NCBI GenBank assembly: GCA_002069975.1
Contig: MWCJ01000005.1
Location: 2,497 to 66,496 of the forward strand
Source of the DNA: Bacteroidetes bacterium ADurb.Bin217
GTDB taxonomy: Bacteria > Bacteroidota > Bacteroidia > Bacteroidales > UBA1715
DNA: 64,000 bases
Direction of reading: 5' to 3'
Shown here piece by piece: positions 29,880 to 39,938 of this stretch. Both the position numbers and the translations under genes were made by a program. The notes under the pieces were generated by a model that saw nothing but the letters and a program-made list of their open reading frames with translations, did no database searches and was not told where the DNA came from. The number at the start of each line of letters is the position of its first letter. Position 1 is the stretch's first letter.

Positions 29880-31790
29880 ATGAAAACAATAATTACCATA
29901 ATAGCTGCTGTTTGTATAAGTGTTTGGGCTGTAGCCGAAGGCACGAAACAACTCATGCCCGCTAATAATGGTAAATGTTATGTGCAATTTAATGAACGCA
30001 TAGGTGGTCAACGATACTTTGCTATGACTACTAATACTGATACATTAAACAGATTATACATACATATAGCCAATGCCGGCGAAATTATAAATATGGGGTT
30101 TAAAAAATTAGTAGCTGCTAATCCTACTGGTGGAGATGCTCGATTTAGAATAAAAAATGCTTCAGGAACTGTAGTGTATGCGTTTACCGATATTCCAACA
30201 TCGGATAATGGATACATAAGCACTTTTGACCAAGCTAATATTGGTCCAAATACACTTACCGGAGGCAGTGGTGGATATACTCCGTTAACATACACAACTA
30301 CCTCAACCGGAGATTTTTATATTGAATTTGAAAAAACATCAGATCCAACATATCGATATTTATTTGAATATTTCGATATTACCGTAAGTTCCGGTACTAC
30401 TCCTATTAACGGAAGAGTATGGTCATATGCATGGGATTTAAATACCGAAAGTTTTACAAATAGTGCTTATGCCAAATTTTATGTGTATAGTGCCGATAAA
30501 TATGTAACTGCAATAGATTTAAACGGCATGCAACCATATAGCTTTGTAATAGCATGTAATAGCAGCGGTGTTCAAAATACCGGAGATTTATTTGTTGACC
30601 GTCAATCGGTACCCAAAACAAATACAGTTCGTCCTCAGTATAAAATATTTCTAAATACTCCCGACCCCGCGGTTTATTCTGTTGCACAAATCCCTACCAT
30701 GATAGAAAATCTTCGCATAAAGGGAACACCTACGGCAAATCAACCTGTTGAATTTTATATAAACATGACTAAAGGCGGTACACTTGAAATATTTCTTGAT
30801 ATTGATGGTGTAGAAGGATATCAATCAGGTGGCAGAGATATAGTTTTAGTAGAATATGTAAATGCAGGAGGAGACATACTTATATGGGATGGAAAAGACG
30901 GATTGGGCAACCAAGTAACCTCAACTATATCTGTAATTGTATCGTCAAAATTTGCTACAGGAGTTACTCATTTACCCGTATACGATGCCGAAAAGAATCC
31001 TAATGGATTTAAAGTTACCCGTGTAAGTCCCGACGGACCACAAAATTTGGTTTTGTATTGGGACGATTCAAAAATACCTTATGGAACCATACCAGCAGGA
31101 CAAGTTATTACTATGCTTTCGGGGAACACAACAGACAATGGCCATATTTGGACTACCGACAGCAAAAATAGTGATGGTTTTGGTAATGTTCATACTTTAA
31201 ATTCATGGTGGAATGGGTATGAAATCGACAATCTTTCATCGTTTGAATTTATATTATTACCAATTGAATTAGCTTCGTGGGAGGCAAAAAATATGGGGAC
31301 ATATGTGCAATTACTATGGTCTACCGAATCGGAAACTAACAATCATTTTTTTGATATAGAACGATCGACCGACGGAATTATATGGGAAACAATTTCTACA
31401 ATTGTAGGTTCCGGAAACTCTACACAAACCATGTACTATACCGAAATTGATGAACAACCATTACAAGGCATATCGTATTACCGATTACAACAAGTAGATT
31501 TTAACGGTGTATTTTCATATTCTAACATCATAGCAATAGGAACCAAAACTGAAGATAATACAAAAGTGCAGGTATATTCGGTGCAAGGAAACAGATATAT
31601 AAGCTACGAAAACTATACGTCAACTATCGATAATATTGACATTTTAAATGCACAAGGAAAATCGGTATTATCGTTTGTTCGAATTGAATCTACAGATAAT
31701 AATACTATAAAAATAGATGTAACCCGGTTACCAAAAGGAATATATATATTTAAAAGCCCACAAGGAGCATCGGCATTCTATATTTTATAA
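29880..31790 (+). CDS. Secreted hypothetical protein with a T9SS-type C-terminal sorting domain
   Basis: Signal peptide (MKTIITIIAAVCISVWAVA). The C-terminal roughly 80 aa end in KGIYIFKSPQGASAFYIL, typical of Bacteroidota Por/T9SS tails. I recognise no catalytic motif. ATG at 29880; the track start at 29874 is a TTG. Confidence 0.6.
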   Translation: MKTIITIIAAVCISVWAVAEGTKQLMPANNGKCYVQFNERIGGQRYFAMTTNTDTLNRLYIHIANAGEIINMGFKKLVAANPTGGDARFRIKNASGTVVYAFTDIPTSDNGYISTFDQANIGPNTLTGGSGGYTPLTYTTTSTGDFYIEFEKTSDPTYRYLFEYFDITVSSGTTPINGRVWSYAWDLNTESFTNSAYAKFYVYSADKYVTAIDLNGMQPYSFVIACNSSGVQNTGDLFVDRQSVPKTNTVRPQYKIFLNTPDPAVYSVAQIPTMIENLRIKGTPTANQPVEFYINMTKGGTLEIFLDIDGVEGYQSGGRDIVLVEYVNAGGDILIWDGKDGLGNQVTSTISVIVSSKFATGVTHLPVYDAEKNPNGFKVTRVSPDGPQNLVLYWDDSKIPYGTIPAGQVITMLSGNTTDNGHIWTTDSKNSDGFGNVHTLNSWWNGYEIDNLSSFEFILLPIELASWEAKNMGTYVQLLWSTESETNNHFFDIERSTDGIIWETISTIVGSGNSTQTMYYTEIDEQPLQGISYYRLQQVDFNGVFSYSNIIAIGTKTEDNTKVQVYSVQGNRYISYENYTSTIDNIDILNAQGKSVLSFVRIESTDNNTIKIDVTRLPKGIYIFKSPQGASAFYIL

Positions 31791-31796
31791 TTTTTG

Positions 31797-33179
31797 TTAT
31801 TTGTTTCGCCGTTTTTTATACTGACTTCTAAATGATTGTTTCGCAAATTTTGGGAATTCTCTTTTATTACCCCAAAGTTTAGTCCCTAAAAGATTTGCTA
31901 CAAAATTTTTAAGATTCCCTCCTACAGCATCAATTCTCGACGCTTTTGAAGCTGCAAAGGCAAAAGCTTTCATGCCTATTTGTTCTGTTAGCGGAAAATA
32001 ATTCTGAGATACTGCTCGAACTCTATTTTCGTGAATAAGTTCGTGTAAAGGAATTTTTACCGGACATACTTCGGTACAATTTGCACACAAAGAACAAGCG
32101 GTATTTAAATGCACATGCTCTTCAAAACTTCCTAGATGCGGCGAAATTACAGTACCGATAGGACCTTGATACGTTGTATTATATGTATATCCTCCAACAT
32201 TTTTATAAATAGGACATGCATTTAAACAAGCACCACAACGAATACACGACAATGCTACTTGTAATTTCTCTTGAGCATATAAATTTGTTCTCCCATTATC
32301 GAGTAATATTACATACATTTGAGATGGTCCGTGAGGCTCGCTCTCTTTACGCGGACCTGTAAACAAGGTATTGTATGACGAAATTGCCTGACCGGTTCCA
32401 TGTTGTGCCAAATGAGGCCAAAACAATGCTAAATCAGCATATGAAGGTAACACCTTTTCTATGCCTGCTATTGCAATATGAATATCGGGAAATGCCGTAG
32501 ACATTATAGCATTACCTTCATTTTCGGTTACACATATCCCTCCTTTATCGGCAATAATAAAATTAGCACCGGTAATACCTGCACCCGCAGCTAAATATTT
32601 TTCGCGTAATTTTTGTCGGGCAAGATTTGTCATTTCTTCGGCAGTACTCGTAAGAGGGAACCCAAATTTTTCATGAAACAATTGAGCAACATCTTGCTTA
32701 GATTTATGCATAGCAGGAGTAACAATATGATATGGTTTTTCGCCTGCTAATTGTACAATATACTCACCCAAATCTGTTTCTACCGATTCTATTCCTATTC
32801 GTTCCAATTCATGATTTAATTCTATTTCTTCGGTAGTCATTGACTTACTTTTTACAATAGAACGAACTGCATGTTTTTGCAAAATTTCAGTAATATATCG
32901 TATAGCATCATCTGCCGTGTTAGCCCACAAAACTGTACCACCGTTTTTGGTGAAATTACGTTCAAACTCTTCTAAATATTCAGGTAAATGTGCAAGAGTA
33001 TGGCGTTTAATTTCAGAAGCTTTGGTACGTGCTGCATCTAAATTTGCATATCGCAATTTACCCAACCCTACGGCAGTATGATATTTGCCCATATTGAACT
33101 GAATAGTTTTACGATGTTGTTCGTTAAACGCTATTTGTTCGGCATCGCGAATAAATTGTTGTTTTTTAGATGAAGCCAT
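31797..33179 (-). CDS. lutB: LutB/LldF-family lactate-utilisation iron-sulfur protein
   Basis: 460 aa with a LUD-type domain plus two 4Fe-4S motifs (CIRCGACLNACP and CSLCANCTEVCP). Confidence 0.8.
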   Translation of the reverse strand: MASSKKQQFIRDAEQIAFNEQHRKTIQFNMGKYHTAVGLGKLRYANLDAARTKASEIKRHTLAHLPEYLEEFERNFTKNGGTVLWANTADDAIRYITEILQKHAVRSIVKSKSMTTEEIELNHELERIGIESVETDLGEYIVQLAGEKPYHIVTPAMHKSKQDVAQLFHEKFGFPLTSTAEEMTNLARQKLREKYLAAGAGITGANFIIADKGGICVTENEGNAIMSTAFPDIHIAIAGIEKVLPSYADLALFWPHLAQHGTGQAISSYNTLFTGPRKESEPHGPSQMYVILLDNGRTNLYAQEKLQVALSCIRCGACLNACPIYKNVGGYTYNTTYQGPIGTVISPHLGSFEEHVHLNTACSLCANCTEVCPVKIPLHELIHENRVRAVSQNYFPLTEQIGMKAFAFAASKASRIDAVGGNLKNFVANLLGTKLWGNKREFPKFAKQSFRSQYKKRRNK

Positions 33180-33189
33180 ACTCTATTAA

Positions 33190-33633
33190 TTATTTATTCA
33201 AAGGGATTTTATTCACTCTTCGTTCATGCCTGCCACCCTCGAATTCTGTATGTAAAAAAACATTTACAATTTTTATAACATCATTGGCAGTAACAAATCG
33301 AGCAGGAATAGCACAAATATTTGCATTATTATGAGCTTTAACCAATTGTGCAATTTCTTCGTTCCAACACAATCCCGAACGAACATTTTGGTGTTTATTT
33401 ACGGTCATATTTACACCATTGCCAGAACCACAAAATACAAAACCTACATCATATGTTTTATTTTCAATAGCATATCCTAATGGATGAACACAATCTGGAT
33501 AATCTACATCTTCGTCGGAATGTGTTCCAAAATCATGTACCGCATATCCTTGTTTTAGCAAGTGTTTACGAATTAATTCTTTCATGTGAAATCCTGCATG
33601 ATCGGCAGCAACTGCAATTGTTGGTTTATTCAT
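33190..33633 (-). CDS. rpiB: Ribose 5-phosphate isomerase B
   Basis: 147 aa. VAADHAGF, CGSGNGVNMTVNK, and the RpiB/LacAB fold length. Confidence 0.88.
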   Translation of the reverse strand: MNKPTIAVAADHAGFHMKELIRKHLLKQGYAVHDFGTHSDEDVDYPDCVHPLGYAIENKTYDVGFVFCGSGNGVNMTVNKHQNVRSGLCWNEEIAQLVKAHNNANICAIPARFVTANDVIKIVNVFLHTEFEGGRHERRVNKIPLNK

Positions 33634-33704
33634 CTGTTATTATTTAATATTCAACCATATAATGCATACTATTCTTATAGTATATAATTTGTAGCATTTT
33701 TTTG

Positions 33705-33712
33705 CAAATGTA
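33705..33712 (-). promoter_or_regulatory. Bacteroidota -7 promoter box for rpiB-lutB
   Basis: Minus strand TACATTTG, about 72 nt upstream of the rpiB ATG. Confidence 0.35.
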
Positions 33713-33960
33713 CTTTAATATTTTTCACAATCAAATTTATAGAGTTTTCTGTTATAAAATATTATAGGAGATACTATTTCAAAACACTGTTGTCCGAAAT
33801 AAATTTCGAGTATTATCCGAAAAGTCTTATTAATACTGAATAAGCAAAGTATTAAAAAAATATGACACTTTGTTTTTTTGTATATTTTCTTGTTACTTTT
33901 TCTACAGCAAAAAAGTAACCAAAAGTGCCGCCATGCAATACGTAATCTAAAAATATATTC

Positions 33961-34050
33961 GTTAATGCTGATTTAGCAAAATGCCCATGAAAGTCCTGTA
34001 ATAAACTATTAAACAAAGTGTTGGGCAAGCTGCTAAATCTACGCATTAAC
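33961..34050. other. About 90-nt extended imperfect hairpin (three nested helices, 23 bp) in an ORF-poor 580-bp spacer; candidate structured RNA or long terminator
   Basis: Three pairings: 33961..33968 GTTAATGC with 34043..34050 GCATTAAC; 33970..33978 GATTTAGCA with 34031..34039 TGCTAAATC; 33982..33987 TGCCCA with 34022..34027 TGGGCA. T-rich tracts follow on both strands. Confidence 0.3.
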
Positions 34051-34214
34051 TTCATTATTTTTAACGATTACTTAATTGAATGGCTTTTGGTAAACCCGTA
34101 ATTCGGTATTCTTAATATTGTAAATTTTTTATCGGACAATAATGATTTCAAAACTTGAATGAGTATTCAAAAACCTAACAAAACCCGAACTTTAAAAATT
34201 ACATTGAACCTACA

Positions 34215-36488
34215 TTATTTGTGTACAACCAAAAGTTTTGATACTCTGGTTTGAGTACCATCTTCGCTTGAAATATATACTAAATATACTCCTGTAGCAA
34301 CTCGCTCACCTTTTAAATTAGTGCCATTCCAAACTCCGGTACCTCCATTAGCAATCGTTTGAAACACTAAATCACCCGAAATATCAGTAATTTTAATAAT
34401 AGCATTTGCTACTGTTCCTTGAATATAAATACCACCTTCATAATCTTCACGAACAGGATTTGGAAATATTTTAATATCCTCCATACTATCTGCACCTATG
34501 GTTGCATCGCTCATTATTGATACCAATCCTTTATCTGTAGATATGTATACTTCACCCGAGGCATGATTAATAGCTATAGATTGTATGGTATTAGATGGAA
34601 TTGGTGAATTTTGAATTGTATAATTTGCCATTTGAATAGTTCCATCGGGAGATAGTAAGAATACTCCTGAATTTTGAGTTCCTATCCATTTTCTGTTTGC
34701 ACCATCTACAGTGATACAAGTAATCCGCTCGCTACTAAGTAAATACCCTATTTCGCCGTCTATTTCAATTTTAATACGAGCTATTGATGTTTGTGCTTTA
34801 AACACATTTTGAATATTGGTATGTCGGGCTATTCCTTGTGTAGTACCTATCCACAGTACATCTTCGGTGTCTATTGCCAAACAAGTAGTCCTATCGGCTA
34901 TATTACCCTCTTCGTCAGCCAAATCAATATACGCATACAAATCATCAAGTTCATTATCTATAGTATTTTGTGCTGAAAATGCAATCAACTTAGTTGTTCC
35001 TGCTATCCACACAGTATTTCGTGTATCTATAACTAAACGTTCAAAATTTTTATCGGAAACACCAGAAAAATAAAATTTATTCCAAGTTTGTTTGTTCGAT
35101 TTAACTACCAAAGGATATTGAACAGACTTATTTATACACCATATATTATCTTGATAATCGGCAGCTATATCGGTTATAAATTCATAGGGAGAATTATCAT
35201 TATACATATTTTGAATGGTACTATTATCTTTAGTATATATACTATCATACGTCCATACTTTGGAACCCTGAACGAGTCCCCAGCCGGCAGTTCCATAGTA
35301 GTATGTGTCAGAATTTCTTAATGGATACACACATATACTATTTTTAACATTCCAATTAATATGACCATACCAAAACCCGCCCGATAACATATTATATTGA
35401 CCTATTTGATACAAATTTGCTCCCCCGCATACTAAATGAACTACATTTTTGCGACAAAAAACTTCGGCGGTATTATTAGAATAAGGACCTTGAGGATATT
35501 TGCTTTGAACATCTTGTGCTTTAAAAATACCATTTTGATAATCACTTATCCAATAGGTATTCCCAACAGTACATATATCGCTAAAGTTACGTTGAATAGC
35601 AACAGAAGCAGTGGGCAAAGAAAGAACATGTTGGTTATCTGATGAATACAATTTTATAGCATTTCGAGATATAATTGATACATTTTCCGATACATGTTTT
35701 ATTTTTTCTACAAACGTTAGCGTATCATACAGTGTTGATATCGAATTACTTAATTGATATATCGTATCTTGAATTTCCCAACTTTTATGCGAAACACTAT
35801 ACAACAAAGAATTATTATAATAACAGATATGTGTTATAGGCGAATGTTGATGAATTGAATTTGGAACTAATTGCCATAGAGAACCATCGGAAATATTTTC
35901 ATGTAATCCAATTCGTAAAATACCTCGTTCACTGGCAGCATACAGGGTATTGTGCAAGCTGTCTATTGTAATTTGAGAAACTCCAATAGATTCACCATCG
36001 GAACCCAATACGGCAGAATGAATAAACTCATGTGTTTGAACATGAAACGTAACCAATCCGAAATCGGTAGCAATATAGGCAGTATCATTTTTAAATTGAA
36101 TATCGCGTATAGCTTTGGATCCGTATACATTTCGTTTAGAAATAGTAGGTATATTATGAATGGTTAGCTTAGGGAATTGAATAATATCTATACAACCATC
36201 GCTATAGCCTATAAGTAAGGATTTATATCGTGAATTATATTTCATTGTAGTTAATCCAACACCCGACAATCCTTGCAGTTTTGTGATTTTCTTATACGTT
36301 TCGTTTTCTGTAGAATATATAAATACTCCATTTGCAGTAAGTGCAGCAATCGAACTGTCTATAGATTCTATACAAAACACCGAATTATACGCATACCAAT
36401 CTTTCCATGTATTTGGCGCTTGAGCACTAACAGTATTACAAAACAGACTAAATCCAAGACCTAAGAATATGTAAAATCGTAATTTCAT
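34215..36488 (-). CDS. Two-component-regulator-propeller (beta-propeller) protein with a T9SS C-terminal domain, PorZ-like
   Basis: 757 aa with a signal peptide and many propeller-blade-like repeats (WIGT/WIAGT motifs). The C-terminal tail (...GVYLVYISSEDGTQTRVSKLLVVHK) is typical of T9SS type A sorting domains. Size and architecture resemble PorZ. Confidence 0.6.
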   Translation of the reverse strand: MKLRFYIFLGLGFSLFCNTVSAQAPNTWKDWYAYNSVFCIESIDSSIAALTANGVFIYSTENETYKKITKLQGLSGVGLTTMKYNSRYKSLLIGYSDGCIDIIQFPKLTIHNIPTISKRNVYGSKAIRDIQFKNDTAYIATDFGLVTFHVQTHEFIHSAVLGSDGESIGVSQITIDSLHNTLYAASERGILRIGLHENISDGSLWQLVPNSIHQHSPITHICYYNNSLLYSVSHKSWEIQDTIYQLSNSISTLYDTLTFVEKIKHVSENVSIISRNAIKLYSSDNQHVLSLPTASVAIQRNFSDICTVGNTYWISDYQNGIFKAQDVQSKYPQGPYSNNTAEVFCRKNVVHLVCGGANLYQIGQYNMLSGGFWYGHINWNVKNSICVYPLRNSDTYYYGTAGWGLVQGSKVWTYDSIYTKDNSTIQNMYNDNSPYEFITDIAADYQDNIWCINKSVQYPLVVKSNKQTWNKFYFSGVSDKNFERLVIDTRNTVWIAGTTKLIAFSAQNTIDNELDDLYAYIDLADEEGNIADRTTCLAIDTEDVLWIGTTQGIARHTNIQNVFKAQTSIARIKIEIDGEIGYLLSSERITCITVDGANRKWIGTQNSGVFLLSPDGTIQMANYTIQNSPIPSNTIQSIAINHASGEVYISTDKGLVSIMSDATIGADSMEDIKIFPNPVREDYEGGIYIQGTVANAIIKITDISGDLVFQTIANGGTGVWNGTNLKGERVATGVYLVYISSEDGTQTRVSKLLVVHK

Positions 36489-36692
36489 TCTATGTAACTT
36501 TGTACGTTCAAACGTATTGATTCCAAAAAACAGTATAGAGAATATCTCAATTCAATAAACTTTTTCAAAATTCGTATTTTTATTTTACATTTTAATTCAA
36601 AAATTTACAATAATTACGATAATTCTATACAATCTCTTAAGCTAATTAGACTTTTTTTCATCTGTTTTTCTCTTATATCAGCAATCTTTTTG

Positions 36693-36700
36693 TATGTTTG
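36693..36700 (+). promoter_or_regulatory. Bacteroidota -7 promoter box
   Basis: TATGTTTG lies 20 nt upstream of the ATG at 36720. Confidence 0.35.
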
Positions 36701-36719
36701 TGTCCATAAAAAAAAATAC

Positions 36720-37565
36720 ATGAAATCTGATTCTACAGTATTTGAAATTAGTCCTAAAACTTCATTATTTGCCTTTAATTTTAAGGAAATCTGGCAATAT
36801 CGCGATTTATTGGTTCTTTTTGTTCGTCGCGACTTTGTAGCTATGTACAAACAAACCATTTTAGGTCCCTTATGGTTTTTCATACAACCAATTATTTCAT
36901 CATTTGTATTTTATATTATTTTTAATCGTGTAGCAAATATTTCTACCGATGGTATGCCGCCGTATTTATTTTATTTGGCAGGCCTTACGGCATGGAATTA
37001 TTTTAGCACGTGTCTTAACAGCACTTCAAATGTATTTGTAGGAAATGCAGGTATTTTTGGCAAAGTATATTTTCCTCGACTTATTACTCCTTTGTCTATT
37101 GTAATTTCAAATTTATTAAAGTTTGCAATGCAGTTTGTTATTTTTATGTTGTTTTATGTGTATTTTTATATGCAAGGAGCTCATATACAATTTACTGTGT
37201 ATGCATGGTTATTTCCTGTACTATTGGTTCTTATGGGAGGTTTAGGTTTGGGTATGGGAATTATTGTATCTGCACTTACAACAAAATATAGGGATTTAAC
37301 ATTTTTAGTAGGATTTGGTGTACAACTTTTTATGTATGCCACGCCGGTAATTTATCCGCTTTCACAAATTCCCGAAAAATATCATACATACATTATGCTC
37401 AATCCAATGACAGGTGTTATTGAAACATTTCGATTAGCATTTTTAGGTGTTGGTGTAATGAATTGGACAGCATTATGGTATAGTGTAGCAGTAATGATTG
37501 CACTTTTGTTTATAGGAATAGTACTGTTCAACAAAACCGAGAAAAATTTTATGGATACCGTTTAA
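36720..37565 (+). CDS. ABC-2 type transporter permease (Wzm/TagG-like polysaccharide exporter)
   Basis: The N-terminal FKEIWQYRDLLVLFVRRDFVAMYKQTILGPLWFFIQP signature of ABC-2 permeases, and six TM segments. ATG at 36720 is preferred. Confidence 0.75.
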   Translation: MKSDSTVFEISPKTSLFAFNFKEIWQYRDLLVLFVRRDFVAMYKQTILGPLWFFIQPIISSFVFYIIFNRVANISTDGMPPYLFYLAGLTAWNYFSTCLNSTSNVFVGNAGIFGKVYFPRLITPLSIVISNLLKFAMQFVIFMLFYVYFYMQGAHIQFTVYAWLFPVLLVLMGGLGLGMGIIVSALTTKYRDLTFLVGFGVQLFMYATPVIYPLSQIPEKYHTYIMLNPMTGVIETFRLAFLGVGVMNWTALWYSVAVMIALLFIGIVLFNKTEKNFMDTV

Positions 37566-37574
37566 ATGTAATAT

Positions 37575-38879
37575 ATGCAAACAATTCAACTTATTATAAG
37601 TCTTTCAATACTCGTTTTAATTCACGAATTAGGGCACTTTATGTTTGCTAAACTATTTGGTGCTCGTGTCGATAAATTTTATTTGTTTTTTAATCCTTGG
37701 TTTTCAATTTTTAAATTTAAAAAAGGCGATACAACCTACGGATTGGGCTGGTTGCCATTTGGCGGTTATTGTAAAATTGCCGGCATGATAGACGAATCGA
37801 TGGACAAAGATCAAATGAAACAAGCTCCCCAGCCATGGGAATATAGATCAAAAACTATATGGCAACGTTTTTTTATAATTTCGGGTGGAGTAATTTTTAA
37901 TTTTATTCTTGCGCTTATCATTTATTCGGGAATGTTATATACCTGGGGCGAATCGTATTTACCTAACAAGAATGTAGAATATGGTATATATTGCGATTCA
38001 TTGGCTTTATCTATAGGCTTACAACATGGCGATAAAATTCTAAAAATCGATGACACAGAACCCGAACGTTTTTCTGATATTCATACACTTATTTTATTAG
38101 ATAATGCCAAAACTATTACCGTAGAACGCAATAAAAACAGAGAGACTATTACAATTCCAAAAGATTTTAATTTACAGGTAATTGCACAAGAAAACCCTCT
38201 ATTTATTATGGAATTTATTCCATTTTTTGTAGACTCAGTAATTCCGGGTACTCCCGCATACAAAGCACAACTTCGCAAGAACGATCGAATTATTGCAATC
38301 GATAGTATTCCTACACCTACTTTTATAGATTTTGTAAAACACATAAAACAATATGCCAATAAAGACATACATATTACAGTACTTCGAAATGGCTACGAAC
38401 AATCTATTCCCCTAACCGTTTCGCCCGAAGGAACTATAGGAGCGTATCGTAGAGAATTGAATGATATTTATACATTTGAAACACGTACCTATTCATTTTT
38501 AGAGTCAATTCCCACAGGAATAAGCATGGGATTTTCTACTTTAGTTTTCTATGTTAAACAAATGAAATTTTTGTTTACCAAAGAAGGTTCGCAGCAAGTG
38601 GGTAGCTTTGTATCTATGGGTAAATTATATGATTCGAGTTGGAATTGGCAAGTATTCTGGAGTCTTACTGCTTTATTTTCGGTAATTTTAGCATTTATGA
38701 ATATTCTACCAATTCCTGCATTAGATGGCGGACATTTATTGTTTATTATATACGAAATGATAACCGGCAAAAAACCAAGTGATGCATTTTTGGAACGTGC
38801 CCAAATGATAGGAATGACTTTAGTACTTACAATATTTGTATATGCTATAGTTATGGATATAGGCCGTTTATTTAATTAA
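37575..38879 (+). CDS. rseP: RIP metalloprotease RseP (site-2 protease)
   Basis: HELGHF zinc motif in TM1, PDZ region, and a C-terminal NILPIPALDGGH motif. Confidence 0.88.
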   Translation: MQTIQLIISLSILVLIHELGHFMFAKLFGARVDKFYLFFNPWFSIFKFKKGDTTYGLGWLPFGGYCKIAGMIDESMDKDQMKQAPQPWEYRSKTIWQRFFIISGGVIFNFILALIIYSGMLYTWGESYLPNKNVEYGIYCDSLALSIGLQHGDKILKIDDTEPERFSDIHTLILLDNAKTITVERNKNRETITIPKDFNLQVIAQENPLFIMEFIPFFVDSVIPGTPAYKAQLRKNDRIIAIDSIPTPTFIDFVKHIKQYANKDIHITVLRNGYEQSIPLTVSPEGTIGAYRRELNDIYTFETRTYSFLESIPTGISMGFSTLVFYVKQMKFLFTKEGSQQVGSFVSMGKLYDSSWNWQVFWSLTALFSVILAFMNILPIPALDGGHLLFIIYEMITGKKPSDAFLERAQMIGMTLVLTIFVYAIVMDIGRLFN

Positions 38880-38887
38880 TATAGCAC

Positions 38888-39925
38888 ATGCTCCGAGCAC
38901 TTATTTCATATATTGCTAAAAAAGTTAAACAAAGTTCATTTGTTCTTAATTATTTAGAAGCACCCATTAACGAATTACAATTCCCTTCAAGTGGCGTATT
39001 CACCGATTCAAAAGGAGATTCTTTCGAAATTCGTAAAGGCTTACGATCTCTTATTAAACCCGGATGGGAGGCTATGTTTGAACCCAAGCCAGCAATACCA
39101 TCGAATCAGTATATTGCAACGTGTAAAAAAAACGGCAAATTATTGGCTCAAAAACTTCTATTAACAGCTGCACGTTACGGAAAACCCATACAAACATCAC
39201 ATATACTTGAAATAGGATGCAATACAGGAGCGGCATCGTATTGGCTTGCCGAGCTGGGAGCAAAAAAAGTAACAGGAACCGAATTTTCGGGATACAAAGT
39301 AGAGTCAGTAACATCTGAAACAACAACTCAAGCTTTACAAGAAATTACTAACGACTTACTATTTATGAGAACCGAATTAGCAAAGTCGTTCATAAATCAT
39401 TATGCAGTATCGTTTGTCGACGACGATATTTGCAATTCACAATTACCACAGCAATCATTTGATATAATATGTAGTTGGGACGTTTTAGAACATTTACACA
39501 ATACAAAGCAAGCTTTTGCCTCAATGGCTCAATTACTTAAATCAGGGGGGCTACTAATACACGATTATAATCCATTTTTTTCCATCAATGGCGGACATAG
39601 TTTATGTACACTCGATTTTGTGTGGGGACATGCACGATTGAGAGAAAAAGATTTTGAAACATATATTTCTATGTATCGACCAAACGAACAAGAACAAGCC
39701 TTGTCGTTTTATTACAAAGGTCTAAATCGTATGTCGATAGCCGATTTGCAAGAACAAGTAATTGAAGCAGGATTTACAATAGTAGCCTGTATTCCATTTA
39801 CTCGTCCACAACATATAAATACACTCAACCAAACTATTATACATCAAGTTCAACGTATATATCCGCGTGTTACGGCTCTCGATTTAGTTTCACCACGAGT
39901 TTTATTGGTTGCCCGTAAAAATTAA
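38888..39925 (+). CDS. Class I SAM-dependent methyltransferase
   Basis: Motif I ILEIGCNTGAASYWLAELGAKKVTGTEF, with post-I and motif II (IICSWDVLEHL). Confidence 0.65.
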   Translation: MLRALISYIAKKVKQSSFVLNYLEAPINELQFPSSGVFTDSKGDSFEIRKGLRSLIKPGWEAMFEPKPAIPSNQYIATCKKNGKLLAQKLLLTAARYGKPIQTSHILEIGCNTGAASYWLAELGAKKVTGTEFSGYKVESVTSETTTQALQEITNDLLFMRTELAKSFINHYAVSFVDDDICNSQLPQQSFDIICSWDVLEHLHNTKQAFASMAQLLKSGGLLIHDYNPFFSINGGHSLCTLDFVWGHARLREKDFETYISMYRPNEQEQALSFYYKGLNRMSIADLQEQVIEAGFTIVACIPFTRPQHINTLNQTIIHQVQRIYPRVTALDLVSPRVLLVARKN

Positions 39926-39938
39926 ACTATAAAGGTTT

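Noticed and set aside
33852-34055. A 67-codon minus-strand ORF in the rpiB/PorZ-like spacer.
   Set aside because: It has no start context or family resemblance and is spanned by two hairpin structures, so it is more likely non-coding. The GAAAGTCC string inside it resembles an RNase P RNA motif, but the surrounding sequence is far too short and AT-rich for RNase P RNA.
36614-36883. An 89-codon minus-strand ORF overlapping the promoter and 5' end of the ABC-2 permease gene.
   Set aside because: It is a basic, low-complexity sequence overlapping a well-supported gene and its -7 box.
39926-39938. A fluoride riboswitch upstream of the CLC-F-like gene.
   Set aside because: Only 13 nt separate it from the preceding CDS, which is no room for a riboswitch of about 60 nt.
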